64,000 nt of DNA from an uncultured archaeon (GTDB lineage: Archaea; EX4484-52; JAADEF01). The DNA is taken from assembly GCA_964407715.1 (NCBI GenBank), contig CAYOWP010000004.1, forward strand, positions 9,668-73,667, written 5' to 3'. Position 1 is the first letter of the stretch. Every line of letters starts with the position of its first letter. The translations under genes were made by a program, and so were the position numbers. Below the pieces are notes generated by a model. That model was not told the origin of the DNA. It made no database searches and saw only the letters and a list, made by a program, of their open reading frames with translations. Of the stretch, positions 56,917 through 64,000 are shown piece by piece.

Positions 56917-58566
56917 ATGAACTCCTTGTTGCAATATGCGAAAGAGGAAGAAAAAAATAAAACCCATGCTCCTTCAGAACTACACTTTACAAGTAATTCT
57001 ATAAATTCCATAAAATTTGAAATACCTATTCATATAGATGCATGGATGTTAAATGGAATAGAAACACTTTATACTCTACTTAATGATCTGAAAGACTGCA
57101 AAGTAGAACTTGAATCTGATAGGTTAAAGGTAGAAATATTCGATCTGGAAAGTTTTCTAAAAATTTTTGCAGGAAAGATAGAAGATAAACAGAATAAAGT
57201 AATTTTTGTAAAAAAACTTGATAATAAGGGACAGGAAAAATTTATTAAAAAAGATTTCGTGCTTATTCAATACGGAAAAGCTATTAATGGAAAAAATGTG
57301 CTTAAAGAGAAAATTTATTTGGAAACAGAAAAACGTCTTAAAGATATTTTTTTAGCCATCAAAAAAGGGAACAAAACATGTATCCTCTGCGAGCGAAAGT
57401 TCAAAAAATCCGTTGATAAGTTAAAACAAGCTGTACATCCCTTTGCGACCAAAATAAAAAGTTTGAGCGGTGTGAGAACTCTAAAGGAAAATTACGACAA
57501 TCTCTGCCCACTGTGTTATTTGATAGGAACTTTGGAGTGGTTGGATGAAGCTATTCTTTATAGATGTTCCTTAGGTAGTGGTAAGCAAACTTATTCTGTG
57601 ATCTTTCTTCCATTTGAATTGAATCTCAAGAAACTTCATGAATGTAAGGTGGAATATAGAAAAATTTTGAAGAGTAATATAAATTCTCCAGTATCAAATT
57701 TACTAAAAATTGTACCATCCTCAGATGGTAAAGAAAAAAAGATTGGTTATGAAGGTGAGTACACAACGATTCTTAAGTTCTTTGAAAGATTTGTGAAGGA
57801 AATTCTTGGGGAATATGGCAGAGATAATTTCGAAGAAATTGACGAGATTTTTGGATATGCTGAGAGAAAATTCTGCAAATCTTGGATCATGCTTAAAATC
57901 CCTTCTGGAAATGTTAAAAACATTAAATTAAGCCGCTTAGATTTAAACAATGATTTTATTAAATTATTGATAGACCTGGAAAGAAAAGATATTTTCATCT
58001 ACGACAATATCGTGGACAAAATAGGAGTGCGTGATAAGAACGGCAAATTTCTTCCTAAAGAAACGTCTGAAACGAAAGAATACACGGCAAAAACCGTTAT
58101 TTTTGATAATTTCAGAGATTTCTCAAGAATGTTTTTACCGAGAAAAAATATAGTAAAATATCATGGTAATTTAAAAGATTTGGACGAACTAATAAAATTG
58201 TGGAGGTTGATGCCCATGAAACTTGATGAAAACCTAAAAGATATAAAAGATGCTGCAAAGACACTTGCAAAACTTCTGAAAAACCACTTAAGTATTTTGT
58301 ATGAAATGAATAAAGCCAGAACAAAAGAAGAGTTCATAAGAATCTATCAGCAAGCCTGCAGGAGATTATTGGGAGTTAGAGAAGAAGAAAGAACCAACAT
58401 TTACCCACCAGCACTCGAGAAGTTTGCAGACCTGCTGATAAATTCCTCTAACAACGAGTGGAAAACTCTAAGAGATGTGTTGCTTATCTATACTTCGATT
58501 TACATATCTAGAGGAGAATATAAAAATACTTTCACCGGTGAAGAAAATGAAGGAAACAAACCTTGA
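56917..58566 (+). CDS. cas8b: type I large subunit, Cas8b-like (Cst1/Csh1 position)
   Basis: 549 aa; CxxC...CxxC zinc knuckle (TCILCERKF...LCPLCYLIG); position between cas6 and cas7/cas5/cas3; family assigned from synteny and size. Confidence 0.5.
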   Translation: MNSLLQYAKEEEKNKTHAPSELHFTSNSINSIKFEIPIHIDAWMLNGIETLYTLLNDLKDCKVELESDRLKVEIFDLESFLKIFAGKIEDKQNKVIFVKKLDNKGQEKFIKKDFVLIQYGKAINGKNVLKEKIYLETEKRLKDIFLAIKKGNKTCILCERKFKKSVDKLKQAVHPFATKIKSLSGVRTLKENYDNLCPLCYLIGTLEWLDEAILYRCSLGSGKQTYSVIFLPFELNLKKLHECKVEYRKILKSNINSPVSNLLKIVPSSDGKEKKIGYEGEYTTILKFFERFVKEILGEYGRDNFEEIDEIFGYAERKFCKSWIMLKIPSGNVKNIKLSRLDLNNDFIKLLIDLERKDIFIYDNIVDKIGVRDKNGKFLPKETSETKEYTAKTVIFDNFRDFSRMFLPRKNIVKYHGNLKDLDELIKLWRLMPMKLDENLKDIKDAAKTLAKLLKNHLSILYEMNKARTKEEFIRIYQQACRRLLGVREEERTNIYPPALEKFADLLINSSNNEWKTLRDVLLIYTSIYISRGEYKNTFTGEENEGNKP

Positions 58567-58846
58567 AACGATAAAGAGCTTGCTCGAAAAACAAAAACAT
58601 GAACTGAAAATGAAATACGGAGTTAAAAGCATAGGTATATTCGGCTCTTTCGTGCGGGGCGAAGCAAAGAGTAGTAGTGATATAGATGTGCTTGTGGAAT
58701 TTGAAAAACCAATAAGAATGTTCAAATTTCTGGAGCTGGAAGAATATTTATCAAAACTCTGCGGACGTAAGGTTGATCTAGTATCCAAAAAAGCCCTTAA
58801 GCCGAATATAGGAAAGCACATACTGAAAGAGGTTGTGGAAATATAA
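58547..58846 (+). CDS. minimal nucleotidyltransferase (MNT / Pol-beta superfamily)
   Basis: GIFGSFVRGEAKSSSDIDVLVEF (GS...DxD) motif; ~99 aa from the ATG at 58547; overlaps the cas8b 3' end by 20 nt in another frame. Confidence 0.75.
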   Translation: MKETNLETIKSLLEKQKHELKMKYGVKSIGIFGSFVRGEAKSSSDIDVLVEFEKPIRMFKFLELEEYLSKLCGRKVDLVSKKALKPNIGKHILKEVVEI

Positions 58847-58867
58847 ATTCCAAAAAAGGTGTAAAAT

Positions 58868-60472
58868 ATGGCAAAATTGGAACGCACGGATAAACCTGTA
58901 AGCGTACTTTTAGAAGAATTGAAAAGAGGCGAGTTAGGTTTACCAGAAATCCAGAGAGGATACGTATGGAATAGACCGCAAGCAAGAGATTTGGTGGATT
59001 CTCTTTATAGAGAATATCCTTCAGGATTAATCCTCTTGTGGAAACCTAAGGAATTACCACAACTTCGCTCTCCGGATGTAGAACAGCAATCCGAAACAAA
59101 AAGAAATCCAACTTACTTAATTTTAGATGGTCAACAACGTTTAACATCCCTTGCGAAAGTGTTTGATGAAGAAGACGAAGATATAAACATTTATTTTAAT
59201 GTAGAAACTGAGGAATTTCAATTGTTCAGTACAAAATTGAAAGCAGATCCTTTATGGGTATCTGTGAAAGATGTTTTGAATAAGGGAGCTGTAAAAGTCT
59301 GGAGAGAGCTTAAGAAACGTTTATTTGAGAGGGTCTTACCACAAGTGAATGAAAAAAAGCTAGATGAATATTTGGAAAGGTTATCAAGATTAGAAAAAAT
59401 AAAGGATTATACATATCCTGTAATGATAATACACACAGATGATTATGAAGAAGTAACAGAATCGTTTATTAGAGTGAATTTCAATGGAACCAGACTAAAA
59501 GAGGCTGAAATGGCAATGGCACAATTGGCTTTCAGGTGGCCAGGAGTACTTGTTAAAGAATTTGAAAAAGCATTAGAAGATTATGAACAAATTAATTTTG
59601 ATTTCGAGCCTCGTTTTCTAATGAGATGTTTTGTGGCCATAGGTACAGGTCAAAGCAGATTTAAACATTTAACAAATCTCTGGAGAAAGAACTTAAATGA
59701 ACTTCAAGAGATATGGAGAAAAACTAAAGAAGGAATAGATTATACTATAAACTTCCTTAAGAACAACGCCGGAATAGAATCTTCAGAATGGATACCATCA
59801 ATTAATGCATTAGTACCAATTGTAGTCTATTTATCAGAACGCCAATCTTTAACAGAGAAAGAAGAAAGAATCTTGTTATTTTGGTTTTTTGTTTCCACAA
59901 TATTTGGAAGATTTACAGGTAGCCCTGAAACAAAATTAGATCAGGACTTGAAAGCACTCAAGAGTGAGGAACCTCTATTATCGCTTATAACAAATCTTAG
60001 GAGAGAAATGGCGAGTTTTGAGGTAACTCCAGAAATGCTTATAGGTAAATATCAAAGAAATCCCCATCTCCCACTAATATTTGTAATTTGTAGGAATAAC
60101 AAAGCTAAAGATTGGTTCACAGGCACAGTGCTAAGTTCAACTAATGTCGGTCCATCGCATAGACTGGAACTTCATCATATATTTCCAAAATCTTTGTTAA
60201 AAAACAATAATTATAAACCGCAAGATATAGATGCCCTTGCAAACATAGCCTTTCTATCTCAACGTGCAAACAGATCTATTTTGAATTCGCCTCCAAGTGA
60301 TTATCTTAAAGACATAGATGAAGAGAAACTCCGGGCACAGTACATTCCTATCGATAAAAATCTTTGGAAACTTGATAACTTTAGTAAGTTCTTAGAGGAA
60401 AGAAGATACCTACTAGCCAATGCTATAAACGATTATCTTAAGAGTTTAGGAGGGGATATTTATGAGATTTAA
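58868..60472 (+). CDS. DUF262 (ParB-like NTPase) fused to DUF1524 (HNH-like nuclease): GmrSD-type type IV restriction-like protein
   Basis: N-terminal IQRGYVWNRPQARDLVDSLYREYPSGLILLW...YLILDGQQRLTSL (DUF262 signature); C-terminal LELHHIFPKS...NIAFLSQRANRS (DUF1524 His-Me finger); 534 aa. Confidence 0.8.
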   Translation: MAKLERTDKPVSVLLEELKRGELGLPEIQRGYVWNRPQARDLVDSLYREYPSGLILLWKPKELPQLRSPDVEQQSETKRNPTYLILDGQQRLTSLAKVFDEEDEDINIYFNVETEEFQLFSTKLKADPLWVSVKDVLNKGAVKVWRELKKRLFERVLPQVNEKKLDEYLERLSRLEKIKDYTYPVMIIHTDDYEEVTESFIRVNFNGTRLKEAEMAMAQLAFRWPGVLVKEFEKALEDYEQINFDFEPRFLMRCFVAIGTGQSRFKHLTNLWRKNLNELQEIWRKTKEGIDYTINFLKNNAGIESSEWIPSINALVPIVVYLSERQSLTEKEERILLFWFFVSTIFGRFTGSPETKLDQDLKALKSEEPLLSLITNLRREMASFEVTPEMLIGKYQRNPHLPLIFVICRNNKAKDWFTGTVLSSTNVGPSHRLELHHIFPKSLLKNNNYKPQDIDALANIAFLSQRANRSILNSPPSDYLKDIDEEKLRAQYIPIDKNLWKLDNFSKFLEERRYLLANAINDYLKSLGGDIYEI

Positions 60473-60522
60473 AAACATGGCATGGATTATAATAAAAATG
60501 TTTGTGCACGGAGGTGAGATAA

Positions 60523-61497
60523 ATGAAAGGAATAAGTATTGTTTGGTTGTCCAAAACAGATTTGACGAACCTTAATGCAGGTGAAGGAGAAACAAATTAT
60601 ATTGATATCAAGAAATTCAGAAAGGAAGGAAAAGAATATCCCTACGTCTCAGGTCAAGCTATGAGATTTTACATTAAAGAAGCAATAAGAAGAAATCTTA
60701 AAGATAGAGAGTATATGTGTGTTCCTGATGATAAGGGTGAAACATGTGGAAATATTCAAAAGTGTATTCTATGCGATCTCTTCGGATTTATGAGTACTAT
60801 TAAAAAAGGTACTCCATGGCCAGGATATGAGAATGGACATCCAGGGGGAGCTGTAACTAGAGTATCTCCTGTGAAAGTGTCTCCTGCCATAGGTATGTTA
60901 CCGTTTGACGAAAATGTTGTCATAGACTTCCTAACAAGAAGAAAATCTCAAAAAGAAACAGGAGAATTATCTGGAGATATAGTGAATGTTGAAATAGGAA
61001 CAAACATTTATAAATGTGGAATTTCAATCGATGTAGTTAGAGTAGGGGGTGATGAAGTAATAGATAATGAAAATAGAACTGTAAAAATAGAATATCTTAT
61101 GCCCTCCGAAGAGAGAAAAAATAGAATTAAAAAAGTCTTGGAAGCTCTAAGGTATTTAACGGATTATTCGAAGCAGGCGAGATTGCTGACAGATTTCACT
61201 CCTGATGTGATATGCATAACATTCCAGAGTAAATACTCTCACAGGCTGCAGAAGCTGTTTGAGTTTGTAATCGAGAACGGGAAAATCGTAAGGAAGCTTG
61301 ATGTGAAAAGAATGGAAGAAATATTGAATGACGTAAAGGATTACAGCGACAGAATAATGTTTGGAATGATATCTGGAGTAATAGAGAACGAAGAAGAAGT
61401 AAAGGAAGTTATGCAGAAGTTTGGAATTGAAGTAAAAACACCGAAAGAGGTGATTGAAGAAGCTCTGAATTACATAAACAAAGTGGCGGTAGAGTGA
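60523..61497 (+). CDS. cas7: Cas7 (Csa2/Cst2/DevR family) Cascade backbone subunit
   Basis: N-terminal [17 protein letters not shown]...[17 protein letters not shown] matches the Cas7 RRM thumb motif. Confidence 0.8.
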   Translation: MKGISIVWLSKTDLTNLNAGEGETNYIDIKKFRKEGKEYPYVSGQAMRFYIKEAIRRNLKDREYMCVPDDKGETCGNIQKCILCDLFGFMSTIKKGTPWPGYENGHPGGAVTRVSPVKVSPAIGMLPFDENVVIDFLTRRKSQKETGELSGDIVNVEIGTNIYKCGISIDVVRVGGDEVIDNENRTVKIEYLMPSEERKNRIKKVLEALRYLTDYSKQARLLTDFTPDVICITFQSKYSHRLQKLFEFVIENGKIVRKLDVKRMEEILNDVKDYSDRIMFGMISGVIENEEEVKEVMQKFGIEVKTPKEVIEEALNYINKVAVE

Positions 61498-62162
61498 GAG
61501 TGATCGAAATGCTTGGCCTGGTTTTTTATCTGGAAGGAATTTATTTTTGTTGTTTCAGGCAGCCGACCACAACAAGCCTAATCCTATCATTCCCCGTTCC
61601 TCCTTTTACTACTATCCGTGGTTTCTTAGAAAATGCTATAGGCTATGAAAAGGATTCATTTGCTCTACAAGAAAAAGATTTGCTCATTGGAATAAGACCT
61701 TTAAGCGAAATTGAGAAAACAACTGAACTGACAAAACTACTAAAGTTAAAAGAAAACGAGCCATGCTTTAAGAGAACTTTTCCTTCTTCACCTATGTTCA
61801 AAACTTTTCTAGTTAATCCTAAATATAAGGTATATTTAGTAGGAGATAATAAACTTATAAAAGAGATTGCAGAAAAGTTGAAAGATCCTTCCCGCCCTCT
61901 ATATCTGGGACAGTCCGACGATTTTGTGGATGTTAAAAATATAGAGACTATGGAAGTGGAAAAAACTAAGAGTTTGAAAATATATAGCGTTATTGAAGGT
62001 TTTCACGAAAATTGCGAGATTGTTAAACTTCCATACAAATTTATAAATAACGGGAAAGATGTGGAAATGAAAATTATCTCGATTCCAAAAAAGTTTCCGT
62101 TGAAGTTGAAAGAAGAAGTCGAGTGCTTTAAATTTGGTGAAGAATATGTGTGGTGCGTTTAG
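61494..62162 (+). CDS. cas5: Cas5 (Cas5t-like) Cascade subunit
   Basis: [33 protein letters not shown]: glycine-rich Cas5 N-terminal motif (PPPST..G...A.G); 4-nt overlap with cas7. Confidence 0.75.
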   Translation: MRVIEMLGLVFYLEGIYFCCFRQPTTTSLILSFPVPPFTTIRGFLENAIGYEKDSFALQEKDLLIGIRPLSEIEKTTELTKLLKLKENEPCFKRTFPSSPMFKTFLVNPKYKVYLVGDNKLIKEIAEKLKDPSRPLYLGQSDDFVDVKNIETMEVEKTKSLKIYSVIEGFHENCEIVKLPYKFINNGKDVEMKIISIPKKFPLKLKEEVECFKFGEEYVWCV

Positions 62163-62249
62163 CAAAAAATATTGAAAAGATACTAATTCCAACAATTCAC
62201 AATATAAAGGCCTTGGGTGAACAAAAAAATAGAGGAGCAGGGAGAGTAA

Positions 62250-64000
62250 ATGCTCAAATTGGATAGGAAGAATGTGTTAGCAAAATTTTCAGAAAAAACT
62301 GGAAAAAAGCAAACTTTATCTGGTCACACAATAGATTGTCTTAAAATCCTAAGATGCTATTTTGAAAAAAATGAGGTAATTATAGAGGTATTTTGTAAAC
62401 GATGGAACATAGATAAACAAACATTCATGAGAAACTTGTTCGTTGCGGTTTATCTTCACGATATCGGGAAATTAACAAAAGAGTTTCAGAAGAGAATTAG
62501 TGAGGGAAAACACTCACAGCAGTATCCGCATGCATTTTATGGATTTCCAATTGTTTGGGAGGTCTTTAAAAAACAATTCCAGGAATTCGTGTATTCCGAC
62601 GAGCCATTAATAGAAACTTTAAGTGTTCTTGCACATCACACGCAGCTTTATGATGGAATTTACGAAAACGCGCAGATAAAGGAAGTGGATATACTGAAGA
62701 ACGAGATAATTGAATTCGTAAACGGAATTGAAAAGGTTTATGAAAGCTTAAGTTTCAAAAAATTTTTCGAGTTAAGATGGAATAACCTACAACTACACGA
62801 TTTAAAAAGTTTTGCTTTATTTGAAAGGAATCCCCAGCACAAAATTCCAAACGGTATAAGGAGATTGAGAGAAAAAATTGAAAATTTAAAGGGAAATAAT
62901 TTACAAAAAATTTGTGCACTAAAATCCATATACACATCCTTCCTTTCTATTTTAAAACTCTGTGACTACTATGCAAGTGTAGAGTTCTCAGAGTATGCCT
63001 GTAAGGATAACACAGAAAAAGAAATTTTTGATGATGTTTTGAAAAAACCTGAAAAATATGTGTTATCCTTGCCATCCATAACTGAGGATATCATCCTTAG
63101 AAAACATAAGCCTTATGAATTTCAAAAAGAGATAAAGGAAAAATCTCCAGAATTCTGCTTTTTGTTTGCTCCATGCGGGAGAGGAAAAACAGAAGCAGCT
63201 TTACTCTGGGCATTTGAAGTTTGTAAAAAATACAATAAAAACAAAATTATTTTTGCGATGCCAACTCAAACGACAAGCAATGCTATGAGAGATAGATTTG
63301 TAGAATTACTAGAGAGTGCTGGTCTAAATGGCGAAGAATATGTTGGTTTATATCATGGAAAGAGTTTTATTAAGTTTAAAGAAGAAAGAGTGAGAGATCA
63401 AGAGGAAGAGAAAGATGAATTAAGTGATGAGGATATAGAGGAGATAAAAGGAGAAAATTTTAAAGGAAATATATTTTTCAAGCCAATTACTATCACAACG
63501 ATAGATCATCTTATCCTTTCATTTGTTCATGGTTTTCCCCAGGCGGATTTCGCATTGGGTAATTTGCAAAACGCTGTGATCATATTTGATGAAGTGCATT
63601 ACTATGAAACGCAAACTCTAAAACATTTAGTTGATTTGTTTAAAATTTTAAGAAAAATGAGAGTTCCACACTTGCTTATGAGCGGAACTCTTCCAGATTT
63701 TCTGATTGAAAGAATTAATAAGGATTCAAAAGAGGAAAATATAAAATACGAGTTAATTAAAGATAAAATAGGACTTCAATATACTCCCTTCAAAATCGAA
63801 AAATATAAAGAACCCTTAATCACAAAAGAAAACGTAAATGAGAAAGTAATTGAGGAGATAATAAAAAATTTCAAGATAGGATACAATCAATTTATCATAC
63901 TTAATACAGTCGAGAGGTCACAAAGAGTATATAAAATATTAAAAGAAAAATTAAAGAAATTTGGTGAAAAATATGTAAAAGATATTTTCCTCTTGCATTC
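62250..64000 (+). CDS. cas3: Cas3 HD nuclease-helicase fusion (partial; runs off the window end)
   Basis: HD domain (LSGHT...VAVYLHDIGK), then SF2 helicase Walker A FAPCGRGKTEAALLWA and DEVH box IIFDEVHYYE; SD GGAGCAGGGAGAG upstream of the ATG at 62250. Confidence 0.85.
   Translation, partial: MLKLDRKNVLAKFSEKTGKKQTLSGHTIDCLKILRCYFEKNEVIIEVFCKRWNIDKQTFMRNLFVAVYLHDIGKLTKEFQKRISEGKHSQQYPHAFYGFPIVWEVFKKQFQEFVYSDEPLIETLSVLAHHTQLYDGIYENAQIKEVDILKNEIIEFVNGIEKVYESLSFKKFFELRWNNLQLHDLKSFALFERNPQHKIPNGIRRLREKIENLKGNNLQKICALKSIYTSFLSILKLCDYYASVEFSEYACKDNTEKEIFDDVLKKPEKYVLSLPSITEDIILRKHKPYEFQKEIKEKSPEFCFLFAPCGRGKTEAALLWAFEVCKKYNKNKIIFAMPTQTTSNAMRDRFVELLESAGLNGEEYVGLYHGKSFIKFKEERVRDQEEEKDELSDEDIEEIKGENFKGNIFFKPITITTIDHLILSFVHGFPQADFALGNLQNAVIIFDEVHYYETQTLKHLVDLFKILRKMRVPHLLMSGTLPDFLIERINKDSKEENIKYELIKDKIGLQYTPFKIEKYKEPLITKENVNEKVIEEIIKNFKIGYNQFIILNTVERSQRVYKILKEKLKKFGEKYVKDIFLLH

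Noticed and set aside
58475-58546. Upstream extension of the nucleotidyltransferase ORF (MCCLSILRFTYLEEN...)
   Set aside because: This part lies within the cas8b coding region in another frame. The first ATG with an A-rich spacer at 58547 (MKETNLETIK) gives a typical ~99-aa MNT.

Overview
AT-rich (~30% GC by eye) archaeal chromosomal segment with dense, mostly short-intergenic gene packing. Several products (uS2, initiator tRNA, a 923-aa CDC48, eIF6, prefoldin, fibrillarin, PCNA) resemble Methanococcales-type euryarchaeal proteins; this lineage guess is from memory, not a search.

The window holds ordinary housekeeping genes: ValRS, ArgRS, aIF6, prefoldin alpha, FtsY, uS2, Hsp20, DRG GTPase, pyrE/pyrF, a Zn/Mn ABC importer, UDG, phosphohexomutase, and five tRNA genes.

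Four things stand out.
(1) A ~13 kb same-strand locus (17.1-30.4 kb) encodes a MinD-like ATPase, two giant sequon-rich surface proteins with CARDB-like domains, membrane proteins and two class-III-signal (pilin-like) proteins.
(2) A composite, highly structured repeat family occupies seven intergenic loci (~2.5 kb in total). It comprises ~160-bp tandem units built from two nested hairpin types, plus a MITE-like element with ~35-bp terminal inverted repeats. Copies often lie next to tRNA genes.
(3) A three- or four-gene operon encodes a 59-aa ORF, a small membrane protein, an HTH-ImmA/IrrE metallopeptidase and a DUF4411 PIN-like protein.
(4) A type I-B-like cas effector operon (cas6-cas8b-cas7-cas5-cas3) starts 2 nt after tRNA-Glu. 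A minimal nucleotidyltransferase gene and a DUF262/DUF1524 (GmrSD-like) nuclease gene are inserted between cas8b and cas7. No CRISPR array lies in the window. cas3 runs off the 3' end.
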